Positions 24,001 through 35,484 of a stretch of DNA of 64,000 nucleotides are shown here, piece after piece (within the stretch, counting starts at the first letter, position 1; each line of letters starts with the position of its first letter). Below the pieces are notes generated by a model. That model made no database searches. It had not been told where the DNA came from and worked only from the letters and a program-made list of their open reading frames with translations. The position numbers and the translations under genes are program-made. Source of the DNA: Macrostomum lignano. Taxonomy: Eukaryota. The DNA lies in NCBI GenBank assembly GCA_002269645.1, contig NIVC01000014.1, positions 62,001 through 126,000 of the forward strand, given 5' to 3'.

Positions 24001-27000
24001 TTAGTGCCTGTCTGAGTGCCTGTCTGAGTGCCTGTCTTAGTGCCTGTCTTAGTGCCTGTCTTAGTGCCTGTCTTAGTGCCTGTCTTAGTGCCTGTCTTAG
24101 TGCCTGTCTTAGTGCCTGTCTTAGTGCCTGTCTTAGTGCCTGTCTTAGTGCCTGTCTTAGTGCCTGTCTTAGTGCCTGTCTTAGTGCCTGTCTTAGTGCC
24201 TGTATTAGTGCCTGTCTTAGTGTCTGTCTTAGTGCCTGTCTTAGTGCCTGTCTTAGTGCCTGTCTTAGTGCCTGTCTTAGTGCCTGTCTTAGTGCCTGTT
24301 TTAGTACCCGTCTTAGTGCCTGTCTTAGTGCCTGTCTTAGTGCCTGTCTTAGTGCCTGTAATAGTGCCTGTCTTAGTGCCTGTCTTAGTACCCGTCTTAG
24401 TGCCTGTCTTAGTGCCTGTCTTAGTGCCTGTCTTAGTGCCTGTAATAGTGCCTGTCTTAGTGCCTGTCTTAGTGCCTGTCTTAGTGCCTGTCTTAGTGCC
24501 TGTCTTAGTGTCTATCTTAGTGTCTGTATTAGTGCCTGTCTTAGTGCCTGTCTTAGTGCCTGTCTTAGTGTCTATCTTAGTGTCTGTATTAGTGCCTGTC
24601 TTAGTGCCTATCTTAGTGCCTGTCTTAGTGCCTATCTTAGTGTATGTTTTGGTGTCTATATTAGCGTCTTTTAGTGTCTTAGTGTAAGCCTTGAGGGCTG
24701 TCTTTGCATCTGTCCAAGTGTCTTCCGTACTGTCTGTCGCTGGACCTGACTGCCTCAGTGTCCGCCCACCCTTAACTGCCAACTGTCTAACCACCTATCA
24801 GACTCACCTGAACAACATCGCCCAGCTGTCCGGGCGGATGGAGCAGCAGCAGGGCAGTCCTGGCCGCCTTCTGATCACTCAGCAACACACTGTTAATCAG
24901 ATTGATGACCATGCCGAGCACAGCTATGAGCCCCAAGGCCAGGCCGGCCTTGCCGTAGCGGCCAACCGTAACAGAAACCAGCAGGCAGGCTGCGGCAATG
25001 CACAGGAACTGCAGCGCGCAGTGGCCGAACACTTTGGCGAGAGCCGCGCTCTGGTAGAAGTTCGGGCACTGGGCGGCCAGGGACACAGTGAATACGGTGG
25101 CGCCGAACAGGACCTGTTGGTGAATTGGAGACAGGTCTGTGCAATTTTAGGTGCCACCAACGCAGATACGTTAACAGGTTATCGACTCTACATTCTATGC
25201 GAATTTTGTTCTGTTGCTAATGTTGTTGTTCATGCTTGTGCACCCTGGTGCACTTTAAGCGGCATTGTCGCACAACCGGCGATAGGCATTACTGCCCATT
25301 CCCCTGACTCCCCTGAGCAGGCACACAAGCGCGCGGGATACGTACGCAGGCACACACTCCCACAGGAGTGTACAGAGGCCCTAACTTTATTTTATCGTTA
25401 GGCATGTACACTTCACTGCGCCTTGGGGGTTGGCCTTCAAGGGCGGTAATTGAACGAGCAGAGCCAAGCCGAGGTTCCAATTTAGCCCCAAATTAATGCG
25501 AATCGAGCCTGGGCCGCAGGCTTGGACCACTGGGCTACGGCCTCCCGTTGTTCCTGCTTTACAGAAAGTTAGTGATCTATCTATTTGTCATGTATACTTA
25601 TAACATCTGTGGGTAAACCACGGATAAATCAAACAATTTCCTGTGAAGCATTAAAGAAACCACGCACGTGCTTCTACCAGCTATGATACTTCTTTCCTAA
25701 AGAGCAAATTCTAATTGAAGTTTTGATGAACTATAAAGCATTCAACGCACATGGATCAGGTATATTGTCACCTAAACTCTATAAACATCCATTCACTATG
25801 CAGCTTGCGCATCTCACCTCAACAGCAGCGACAAGGCAGATCACTAGCCAATATGCCCGGACAGACAGGCCTTTCTGCACCAGCAGCTGTAACAATCCAT
25901 TGCCCTTCAAGTCGTAGATGCAGGACAGAGTAGCCACCAGAAAGTAGAAGTGCATCATTCCGACTGATAAGAAGCTTTGACCAGCCGTTAGTACTGGCAG
26001 AATTTCAGCAAAGTTTCTTTCCAGATGGCACATGGTACGGCCTTCGCTGCTGGAGTGATGCGAGTCGCGCTGATGTTGCCCGACAGCTCGGAACATTCGA
26101 ATGGCCTGATTTTTGCGATTGGGTAGCGCGTAAATCAGCGCAAGAATATTGTAACTATGCAGTACCGTAGCTTTAAAGCTTTGATTGCAGTTTTTGCAAA
26201 TCTAATTGCAGCTTTTGCAACTCTGATTGCAGCTGTTGCAACTCTGAGTGCAGTTCTGAAACAAAAGACAGACAAGAGCCTATATATAAATTATGACTAA
26301 CCTTAAACCGCAGCTTAGTGTGAGGATCCTTTGTCCGACCAATACTCGCCAGATAGCCAAGAAAGGGACAGTAGATCTCTGCTCCAGTTTCCAGCAGACA
26401 GACAATAAGTGGGTCGTTCGGTTTGAAGTCCACCTGCAGTTATAGAAAATTAGTTGCAGTTACTTTTTCTTCTGGCACTGCTAAAGTCTCAGATGTTTCG
26501 GGATAAAAGTCTCAGGTGTTTCGGGATAAAAGTCTCAGGTGTTTCGGGATAAAAGTCTCAGGTGTTTCGGGATAAAAGTCCCAGGTGTTTCGGGATAAAA
26601 GTCTCAGGTGTTTCGGGACAAAAGCCTCAGGTGTTTCGGGATAAAAGTCTCAGGTGTTTCGGGATAAAAGTCTCAGATGTTTCGGGATAAAAGTCTCAGG
26701 TGTTTCGGGATAAAAGTCTCAGGTGTTTCGGGATAAAAGTCTCAGGTGTTTCGGGACAAAAAGTCTCACGTGTTTCGGGATAAAAGTCTCAGGTGTTTCA
26801 GGACAAAAGTCTCAGGTGTTTCGGGACAAAAGTCTCACGTGTTTCGGGACAAAAGCCTCAGGTGTTTCGGGACAAAAAGTCTCAGGTGTTTCGGGAAAAA
26901 AGTCTCACGTGTTTCGGGACAAAAGTCTCAGGTGTTTCGGGATAAAAGTCTCAGGTGTTTCGGGACAAAAAGTCTCACGTGTTTCGGGATAAAAGTCTCA

Positions 27001-28793
27001 GGTGTTTCAGGACAAAAGTCTCAGGTGTTTCGGGACAAAAGTCTCACGTGTTTCGGGACAAAAGCCTCAGGTGTTTCGGGACAAAAAGTCTCAGGTGTTT
27101 CGGGAAAAAAGTCTCACGTGTTTCGGGACAAAAGTCTCAGGTGTTTCGGGACAAAAGTCTCAGGTGTTTCAGGACAAAAGTCTTAAGGTGTTTCAGGACA
27201 AAAGTCTCAATTTTTTCGGGACAAAAAGTCTCAGGTGTTTCGGGACAAAAGCCTCAGTTGTTTCGGGACAAATGTTTCAGGTGTTTCGGGACAAAAGTCT
27301 CAAGTGTTTCGGGATAAAAGTCTCAGTTGTTTCGGGACAAAAAGTCTCAGGTGTTTCGGGATAAAAGTCTCAGTTGTTTCGGGACAAAAAGTCTCAGGTG
27401 TTTCGGGACAAAAGTCTCAGGTGTTTCAGGACAAAAGTCTCAGGTGTTTCAGGACAAAAGTCTCAGTTGTTTCGGGACAAATGCCTCAGGTGTTTCGGGA
27501 CAAAAGCCTCAGGTGTTTCGGGACAAAAGCCTCAGGTGTTTCGAGACAAAAGCCTCAGGTGTTTCGGGACAAAAGCCTCAGGTGTTTCGGGACAAAAGCC
27601 TCAGGTGTTTCGGGACAAATGTCCCAAGTGCACTTTGCCGCAACTCAAACCTGGCTGACGTATCCGCCGGGGCTGTTGCTGTACAATCGATTGAAATGTT
27701 GAGCATTGCAATCCTCCGGGCTCTGGCACTGTTTGAACAAAAGCGAAGGATCCGAGCTTCTGGTGCCCAGCTCTCTAAGCACCGCGTCCATCGCAGCCAC
27801 TTCGCCAATGTACCGGTCCGTCTGCGTCAGCACTTCATTGTCAGACGCGAAATTGTGCGCCTGCTTGATATCGACAAACTTTTTACCATAGAATCCAATT
27901 AGCTGAGCCAAAGGTACGTAGATGAAGTTGTTGGACAGGAGGCAGGCGATCAGTGGTAGGAGCCAAAGAAATTTTGCACCCTTAAGACGAAGAAAGTAGA
28001 TCCGAAGGAAGTAACGAAATTGCCGCTTTGCCAGCATGATTGGCGGGCTGAAAGAAAGTTTACGATAGTTTTGCGTAGTCTGTAGCAGTGTTTAAGGTCT
28101 TTTAGGAGTTTCAGGGGGGGGGAGGAGTTTCAGTTTTTCCAAGTGTTTCAGGGTAGAAGTTTCAGGTGCTTCAGGGGTAGAAGTTTCAGGTGTTTCAAGG
28201 GTAGAAGTTTCAGGTGTTTCAGGAGTAGAAGTTTCAGGTGTTTCAAAGATAGAAGTTTCAGGTGTTTCAGGAGTAGAAGTTTCAGGTGCTTCAGGGGTAG
28301 AAGTTTCAGGTGCTTCAGGGGTAGAAGGTTCAGGTGCTTCAGGGTGGTCGGTTTCACAAACTCGAAATTTCAAAACCGCTAAAAGCAGTTGCTTTCATAA
28401 ACGCGAAACTTTCCAAACGCGAAACTTTACAACCGCTAATTTTTTTGCATTAACGCGAAACTTCACAACCGCTAAATTTTTTCCAGTCACTTTCACAAAC
28501 GCGAAATTTCACAAATGCAAAACTTCACAACCGCGAAACTTCACAACCGCTAAAAATTTTGCAATTACTTTCATATACAACAGTCTTTTTAGCGGTTGTG
28601 AAGTTTCGCGGTTATGAAGTTTCGCGTTTATGAAAGTAGGTGATTTAGCGGTTGTGAAATTTCGCGTTTGTGAAAGCAACCCCTTCAGGGGTAGAAGTTT
28701 CAGGTGCTTCAGGGTAGAAGTTTCAGGTATTTTAAAAACTAGAATTTTGCACGCAGTTAAGCAAAGCTAAGTCGCTGGTACTTACCAAACCAT
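12038..28793 (-). CDS. ABCA-subfamily full transporter (ABCA5/6/8/9/10-type), about 1680 aa, 10 exons
   Basis: Exons 28793-28786, 28047-27651, 26433-26302, 26105-25818, 25113-24808, 23099-22673, 18260-17012, 16468-14929, 13734-13424 and 12422-12038 are all GT-AG and phase-compatible (5043 nt); the 5' four exon ends are less certain. NBD1: GHNGAGKST, LSGGQKRK, ILDEP, STQFMDEAD. NBD2: GPNGAGKTT, LSEGAKRR, VIDEA, TTHSMEEAEALCNR. Confidence 0.88.
12474..13305. repeat. About 34-bp intronic minisatellite (gatagagatcaacattagatctagcagtcagcta)
   Basis: Visible repeats in the last ABCA intron. Confidence 0.92.
13872..14803. repeat. 44-bp intronic minisatellite (gaagacacctggcacactcatccaataggcctggtcacacagct), about 21 copies
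   Basis: Visible repeats. Confidence 0.95.
16698..16800 (-). pseudogene. Intronic 103-bp fragment homologous to ABCA coding sequence at 17361-17463
   Basis: Gapless alignment, about 84/103 identical by hand. It translates to DFTAAYGLAQPTLTDILIRLKDVDQKKVAKLFET versus DLIAAYGLAQPTLADIFIRLKDFDPKQILKLFET. Confidence 0.85.
16805..16910 (-). mobile_element. tRNA-like (SINE head) remnant
   Basis: Reverse complement begins ggggcgggaTAGCTCAGTGGtaacacctctgac (A-box). The B-box is degenerate and no full cloverleaf is visible. Confidence 0.45.
19143..20876 (+). CDS. DEG/ENaC/ASIC-family sodium channel subunit, intronless, nested antisense in ABCA intron 18261-22672
   Basis: N-terminal STTSHGLPRM (HG motif), TM1 LAWLSVFL, FPDVYAC, GVRVFL, and TM2 FISDIGGIMGIYLGMSLLTLCEIFE (GxS filter). 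Likely start is the ATG at 19143 or 19164. Confidence 0.9.
   Translation: MLQLKEAMASTTSHGLPRMVSNKPLTVRLAWLSVFLAMAGLFLKGFYDLVVKLQARQITSSLEGNSLNFRFPDVYACYENPISGSYSANVGAAEAAQINNLLNASRLIMQRELATIGITGRAAEIFEMDFSMAYPQSLPYRLLVDALAHRNEQNIITSDVTYNTDYGMPEYRPIEAETFYHPMYLRCLKWALNSTWQSKIVQTGSSSGIVVTLVTDSAFNGLATSGNDILQTVFARRTQIPVSDWSLNVADYNGPDRRAGVRVFLTPPGEYPSDFVSSFSLGPGKFHTVEIDMTQQVYKSGQFNCLDEVPSVQYVNTYDQTPYNHSYSYSYCFYYEFHKQTQDLVNMSGNVGPLPWPLRGKKFVMNLTGDSTFFVFFRDQLLVNKSSQFDRLTKSACQSKRPCSTLEYSVSVSGSDWPTQSSMAPFIRSSIAQAWQQARSRNQSVPALDLLVSANQSTAAEYIRNNVIKIHFKPRRILCDRLNFSIDYGVQEFISDIGGIMGIYLGMSLLTLCEIFELVFDIASFGRTKARASITSKQERDTEKTPRTKQINVQEFKSDPLKENPSQNVSVFSISSM
21318..22390. repeat. 24-bp minisatellite (gcggcgctaaaatgagtgcctgct) in two blocks, 21318-21577 and 21948-22390
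   Basis: Visible repeats with an 8-aa ORF period; the blocks are separated by a SINE. Confidence 0.95.
21598..21935 (-). mobile_element. tRNA-derived SINE, near full length
   Basis: Reverse complement starts ggggctgTAGCCCAGCGGtagcgc...ccaGGCTCGATTCc (A and B boxes). The body is shared with 25208-25546 and 39683-39832. Confidence 0.75.
23122..24682. repeat. 12-bp minisatellite (gtgcctgtctta), about 130 copies, fills an ABCA intron
   Basis: Visible; it is the source of the spurious TGTK/SACL/VPVL ORFs. Confidence 0.97.
25208..25546 (-). mobile_element. tRNA-derived SINE, same family, with an (AAC)n-like tail
   Basis: Reverse complement starts ggaggccgTAGCCCAGTGGtccaag...ccaGGCTCGATTC and ends gcatgaacaacaacattagcaac; colinear with 21598-21935. 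Confidence 0.75.
26485..27622. repeat. 23-bp intronic minisatellite (tcaggtgtttcgggacaaaagtc)
   Basis: Visible repeats. Confidence 0.95.
28146..28730. repeat. 24-bp intronic minisatellite (gggtagaagtttcaggtgcttcag), interrupted by a MITE
   Basis: Units at 28146-28344 resume at 28683-28730. Confidence 0.85.
28345..28682. mobile_element. Foldback-type MITE, 338 bp, 8-bp TSD cttcaggg
   Basis: TSD at 28337-28344 and 28683-28690. The left end tggtcggtttcacaaactcgaaatttc matches the reverse complement of the right end (gggttgctttcacaaacgcgaaatttc). Internal inverted subrepeats cgcgaaacttcacaaccg. Confidence 0.8.
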
Positions 28794-29067
28794 GTTGAAG
28801 TTCACAGATCCATATCACACCCTCGATCGTGTTTTAAAATAATATTTAACCATTCTAATTACAGTTCCTCCACTCAATTCTATTCTATTTGGCTGGCACA
28901 GTTTGGGCCATAGACGAATTCGACATGAAGCATGAAAAAGAAAATTCTTCTTTCTTTGCAAACTCTCTTACTTATTAAAAAAATAGCATAAAACAAAACG
29001 AAAAAGCAATCATAAATCTGAATTGAACTTTTCAAACTAATTAAGTACATTAATTACTAATTGAAAT
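28794..29067. promoter_or_regulatory. Putative bidirectional promoter between ABCA (-) and the kinase (+)
   Basis: The inferred start codons at 28793 (-) and 29068 (+) are 274 bp apart and divergent. Confidence 0.5.
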
Positions 29068-30932
29068 ATGCTTCGAGCTTGCAAATGCAAAGACCAGGTC
29101 ACTGGCAGCATGGATACAGACAGACCGGTAAGCTCCCCTGACACCCTCGTTTTGACACCTCTGACATCCCTGTTCTGAGATCACTGAAATCCCTGTTTTG
29201 ACATCCCGACATCCCTGTTCTGACACGTCTGACATCAATTATGACACCTCTGACATTCCTATATCCCTGTTTTGACGCCCTTGACATCCCCGTTTTGACA
29301 TCTCTGACATCCTCGTTCTGACACCTCTGACATCCCTGTTCTGACACCTCTAACATCCCTGTTCTGACACCTCTGACATCCCTGTTCTGACACCTCTGAC
29401 ATCCCTGTTCTGACACCTCTGACATCCCTGTTCTGACACCTCTGACATCCCTGTTCTGACACCTCTGACATCCCTGTTCTGACACCTCTGACATCCCTGT
29501 TCTGACACCTCTGACATCCCTGTTCTGACACCTCTGACATCCCTGTTCTGACACATCTGACATCAATTATGACACCTCTGACATCAATTATGATACCTCT
29601 GACATTCCTATATCCCTGTTTTGACGCCCCTGACATCTCCGTTCTGACACCTGACATCCCCGTTCTGACACCCCTGACATCCCTGTTCTGACACCCCTGA
29701 CATCCCTGTTCTCACACCCCTGACATCCCTGTTCTCACACCCCTGACATCCCTGTTCTCACACCCCTGACATCCCTGTTCTGACACCCCTGACATCCCTG
29801 TTCTCACACCCCTGACATCCCTGTTCTGACACTCCTGACATCCCTGTTCTCACACCCCTGACATCCCTGTTCTCACACCCCTGACATCCCTGTTCTGACA
29901 CCCCTGACATCCCTGTTCTCACACCCCTGACATCCCTGTTCTGACACTCCTGACATCCCTGTTCTGACACTCCTGACATCCCTGTTCTGACATCCTTGAC
30001 ATCCCTGTTCTGACACTTCTGACATCCCTGTTCTCACACCCCTGACATCCCTGTTCTGACACCCCTGACATCCCTGTTCTGACACCCCTGACATCCCTGT
30101 TCTGACACTCCTGACATCCCTGTTCTGACACTCCTGACATCCGTGTTCTGACACTTCTGACATCCCTGTTCTCACACCCCTGACATCCCTGTTCTCACAC
30201 CCCTGACATCCCTGTTCTGACACTCCTGACATCCGTGTTCTCACACCCCTGACATCCCTGTTCTGACACTCCTGACATCCGTGTTCTCACACCCCTGACA
30301 TCCGTGTTCTCACACCCCTGACATCCGTGTTCTCACACCCCTGACATCCCTGTTCTGACACTCCTGACATCCGTGTTCTGACACTCCTGACATCCCTGTT
30401 CTGACACCCCTGACATCCCTGTTCCATGCCAAATCAATCAATATGCACGCGGCATACAGGTGAGCTGCCTGCACGACTATGAGCACTGGCTGCGGATGCA
30501 CTCTTGCAAGATGCGCGAGCAGTTCAGCAACCCGCCGAGCCGAAATCCCAACATTCTGGGCTACCGGCTGGAAAAACTGCTCGGCCGCGGCTCCTTTGGC
30601 GTGGTGTTTCTGGCCGTTGCTAGGGAAACAAAAGAGAGCTACGCAATCAAGGTGCCGTTGTATAATATGCTGCGTAACCACTAACAATTGATTCAAAAAA
30701 GTTTCAATAAATAAATAAATAAATAAATAAATAAATCAGTCAATCAGTCAATCGATCAGTAAATCAATCAATAAATAAGTCAATCAATCAATAAATCAAT
30801 CAATCAATCAGTTTATCAATCAGTCAATCAATCAATCAATCAGTCAATCAATCAATCAATCAATCAGTCAATCAATCAATCAATCAGTCAATCAATCAAT
30901 CAATCAGCCAATCAGTCAATCAATCAGTCAAT

Positions 30933-30971
<39 letters not shown>

Positions 30972-31217
30972 CCAATCAATCAATCAGTCAATCAGCCAAT
31001 CAATCAATTAATCAATCAATAAATCAATCAATCAGTCAATCAATCAATCAATCAGTTTATCAATATCAGTCAATCAATCAATCAATCAATCAGTCAATCA
31101 ATCAATCAATCAGTCAATCAATCAATCAACCAACCAATCAATCAATCAATCAATCAATCAGTCAATCAATCAGTCAATCAATCAATCAATCAATCAGTCA
31201 ATCAATCAATCAATCAG

Positions 31218-31258
<41 letters not shown>

Positions 31259-31443
31259 TAATCTATCAATCAATCCAGAAATCAAGAAATAAATAAATAA
31301 ATAAATAAATAAATAAATCAATCAATCAATCAAAAAAAAATAATAAAAAAATAAAAAAATAAATAAATAAATCAATTAATCAAGAAATCAAGAAATAAAC
31401 CAATCAATCAATCAATCAATCAGTCAATCAATCAATCAATCAG

Positions 31444-31500
<57 letters not shown>

Positions 31501-31639
31501 TAATCTATCAATCAATCAATCAATCAAAAAATAAATAAATAAATAAATAAATAAGTAAATAAATAAATCAATTAATCAATCAATCAAGAAAGAAACCAAT
31601 CAATCAATCAATCAATCAGTCAATCAATCAATCAATCAG

Positions 31640-31691
<52 letters not shown>

Positions 31692-31916
31692 CCAATCAAT
31701 CAATCAGTCAATCAGCCAATCAATCAATTAATCAATCAATAAATCAATCAATCAGTCAATCAATCAATCAATCAGTTTATCAATATCAGTCAATCAATCA
31801 TCAATCAATCAGTCAATCAATCAATCAACCAACCAATCAATCAATCAATCAATCAATCAGTTTATCAATCAGTCAATCAATCAATCAATCAATCAGCCAA
31901 TCAATCAATCAATCAG

Positions 31917-31973
<57 letters not shown>

Positions 31974-34370
31974 CAATCAAAAAATAAATAAATAAATAAA
32001 TAAATCAATTAATCAATCAATCAAGAAATAAACCAATCAATCAAGCAATCAATCAGGCAGTCAACTCATCAATCAACCGAACCCCGCAGGTATTCAACAA
32101 GCACAGGGTGCACAACGCCTGCAGCGCCTACAGCATAATCAGGGAGCGGAACATGCTGGCGGTGCTGCATCACCCCTTCATCATCAGGCTGGTGGACAGC
32201 TTCCAGTGCAGCCAGAATCTCTACGTGGTCACCGATTTCATGGAGTGCGGCTGTTTGCACGACCATCTGCGATTGAAGAAAACGTTTCGCTACGAGGAGG
32301 TGAAATTTATGGCAGCTATGCTGGTGCTGGGCATTGAATACATGCACCGGATGAACATTGTGCACAGGTGAGCTTTATTTTACTGGCATCGGGGTTTGGG
32401 ATAGGGTTTAGGTTAGAGTTTAGGTTAGAGTTTAGGTTAGGGTTTAGGATAGGGTTTAGGTTAGGGTTTAGGTTAGGGTTTAGGTTAGGGTTTAGGTTAG
32501 AGTTTAGGTTAGGGTTCAGGATAGGGTTTAGGTTAGGGTTTAGGTTTGGTTTTATGATAGGTTATAAGCTAAGTCCTATCATAAAACTAATCTCAACCCT
32601 AACATAAACCTAATCTAAACCCTATCCTTAATCCTATTTTATAAATTAAAACCTTGGTATTTTATATATTACAATATTTTATTAGCTCCATAGAAGACAT
32701 ATAAGTAACGCAGTAGATACACTACACTGTTGACATGCAGATTCATGTACACATTGCTAGATAGCTTAATAGACACAATTATAGCTCAACAGACACAATT
32801 ATAGCTCAACAGACACAATTATAGCTCAACGGACACATTTATAGCTCAACAGACACATTTGTAGCTCAACAGACACAATTATAGCTCAACAGACACAATT
32901 ATAGCTCAACAGACACAATTATAGCTCAGTAGACATATTTATAGCTCAACAGACACAATTATAGCTCAACAGACACATTTATAGCTCAACAGACACAATT
33001 ATAGCTCAACAGACACAATTATAGCTCAACAGACACAATTATAGCTCAGTAGACACATTTATAGCTCAACAGACACAATTATAGCTCAACAGACACAATT
33101 ATAGCTCAACAGACACAATTATAGCTCAACAGACACAATTATAGCTCAACAGACACAATTATAGCTCAACAGAAAAAATTATAGCTCAACAGACACAAGT
33201 AAAGCTCAACAGACACAAGTAAAGCTCAACAGACACAATGAACAGTTCCACAGTGCCGCTGCCCCCCCCCCCCGCAGAGACCTGAAGCCGAAGAACATCC
33301 TGGTCGGCAAGAATGGCTGGCTGAAAATCTCAGACATGGGCATCTCCTACGCCCTGCAGGACGCGAGCTGCTTCATCACGGATCCCAAAGCCGTGGGCAC
33401 CATCGGCTACATCGCACCTGAGATAATCATGCGCAAGCCGTACAACTTCGCCGTTGACTGGTACAGCCTGGGCGTCATCATCTTCGAGCTGCTTGTTGGC
33501 ATCGGGCCCGAGTGCTACCGTCGCGAGAGATGCCCGGAGGCCAAGCAGTTCGAGGTTGTCTTCCCGCCGGAGATCAACGCCGTCTGCGTGGATCTGGTGC
33601 GACGCCTGCTGATGCGGAATCCCAGCTTCCGGTTGGGTAATTTGCGAACTAAAGTGCACGAAGTTCGGCATCATCCGTTCTTTAGAGACGTGGATTTTAT
33701 CGGCCTGTTGAATCGAACTGTTCAGGTGAGATTTTTGTTAAGCTGCTCGACAGGTAATTTGGCGCCAGTTTAAACAGGTGACGTCAAAAATTTCGGGTGG
33801 GAGTGTATTTAAAGACGATCGATAGTAGGTGACGTCACTAACCTGCCTGACAGGTTTTTTAGGCGCCAGTTTAAACAGGTGACGTCACTAACCTGTCTGA
33901 CAAGGTGTTTAGGCACCAGTTTAATCAGGTGACGTCACTATCCTGTCTGACAAGGTGTTTAGGCACCAGTTTAAACAAGTGACGACGCCACTAATTTCGG
34001 ATAGGAGTGTCTTTACAGTCGATCGATAATACGAGCGCTCGTAGATGACGTCACTAACCTGTCTGGCAGATAATTACGCGCAATTTTAAAAAGGTGAAAG
34101 TCACTCGTTTGTCTAATGGGTACGTAGGAACCATTTCAAATAGAATGTCATTCATTTGAATGTCACATTCAGGTGCTTAATAAAATCACAAAAAACATCA
34201 GGAAAAAACTCTCCCATTTTCACCTCGCTCAGGTGGCCTACCAGCCAGCCCTAGACGGTCCAAATGACATGTACTTCTTCTTTGAAGCGGTACAAAGCGA
34301 CTTCAATATGGGCAACTTTTTTAATCAAACTTACGCCGTTGAGAATCAAAATTGGTTTGCCGACTTTTGA
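29068..34370 (+). CDS. AGC-group Ser/Thr kinase, divergent PKA catalytic subunit/PRKX-like, about 371 aa, 5 exons
   Basis: Exons 29068-29127, 30460-30651, 32090-32367, 33278-33725 and 34233-34370 are GT-AG and in phase; exon 1 is tentative. Motifs GRGSFG, YAIK, HR|[28 protein letters not shown], an AGC tail and a terminal FADF*. Confidence 0.85.
29135..30424. repeat. 23-bp intronic minisatellite (gacatccctgttctgacacctct)
   Basis: Visible; 23-aa ORF period. Confidence 0.95.
30705..32076. repeat. Compound (AATC)n/(AAAT)n microsatellite, about 1.4 kb, filling kinase intron 2
   Basis: Visible. Confidence 0.97.
32392..32640. repeat. Telomere-like (TTAGGG/TTTAGG) tract followed by an inverted CCCTAA-like tract
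   Basis: gggtttaggtta units at 32392-32555, then aaccctaac...aaaccctatcc at 32575-32640. Confidence 0.75.
32760..33238. repeat. 20-bp intronic minisatellite (tagctcaacagacacaatta)
   Basis: Visible. Confidence 0.95.
33760..34080. repeat. Degenerate about 50-bp repeat carrying five TGACGTCA palindromes
   Basis: TGACGTCA at 33779, 33830, 33880, 33930 and 34046. Confidence 0.85.
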
Positions 34371-34489
34371 ACTTTGCGTCGTACAAATTTCGAGAAACTG
34401 TTGCATGGCCTTGTTCCAACTGCTTGATACTTTTAGCGATGGTACAAAATTAACAGTTCAATGCTGAATTATCTTAAATTTCACACGGC

Positions 34490-34830
34490 TCACTCCCACC
34501 TCACTCCGCACAGCCTACACTCACCTCACTCAGCACAGCCTACACCCACTTCACACCGCACAGCCTACACCCACTTCACACCGCACAGCCTACACCCACT
34601 TCACACCGCACAGCCTACACCCAACTCAAACTGCACAGCCTACACCCACCTCACTCCGCACAGCCTACACCCACCTCAAACCGCACAGCCTACACCCACC
34701 TCACTCCGCATAGCCTACACCCACCTCACTCCGCACAGCCTACACCCACCTCACTCCGCACAGCCTACACCCACCTCACTCCGCACAGCCTTCACCCACC
34801 TTCCCCACAGCCTACACTCATCTTACTCCC
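34490..34830. repeat. 25-bp minisatellite (cacccacctcactccgcacagccta)
   Basis: Visible. Confidence 0.9.
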
Positions 34831-35484
34831 ACTAACTAAATGTGCAATAACACCAATTTTAAATAACAGAAGAAAACAGCAAATTAGATATTTAATAATA
34901 ATGATAAACGCACACAATATGAAATTGCGCACTCAATCAAGCAGGTTTGAAATCCGATAAAAATTGTTTTTTTTTAATTATTTTTCATCTTATTAAAGGA
35001 TAAAAATGTTATCACGATTCTTCAGTGTCAAGCGCCAAGTAGGCTAAGCATAATATTTTTACTCTTATCAACAGCACAACATTAAATAAAATAAAAGCAT
35101 TTATAAGTATGAAATATAAGCAGCATATGCTATTATTTTATAATATTTACAAGCCAGATTTGCTTAGTTATAATTATTCACCGTATAATAATATAACAAT
35201 AATCTGACTGAATCGAGATATAGTCTACGGCGGGCAGGAAAAGAAAAGACAAGCAATGGAACTTAGGCTAAATTAAATTCTAATTACCTGACTAATTTGT
35301 GATGACGCAAGAAATATTTATACGTAACTTGAAAGGTTATATCGCTTTTACGTAACTTAAGATAGCAAAAACTGTTCATACAATATATATAAAATAGTTT
35401 GCAACATATGTAGACTTAAATTATAACATTGTTATAAGACATAACAGAACATGCATAATGCGATTCCAAATACTTTTTTATCGA

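Noticed and set aside
22632-24794. 720-aa TGTK-repeat ORF (antifreeze/mucin-like look) and the overlapping SACL/VPVL ORFs
   Set aside because: The repeat lies between a GT donor (24807) and an AG acceptor (23100) of ABCA; only 23099-22673 is exon.
25208-25235. SINE (AAC)n tail as partner of the RTE element's tail
   Set aside because: In sense orientation the RTE tail is (GTT)n and the SINE tail is (AAC)n, and I see no shared 3' sequence.
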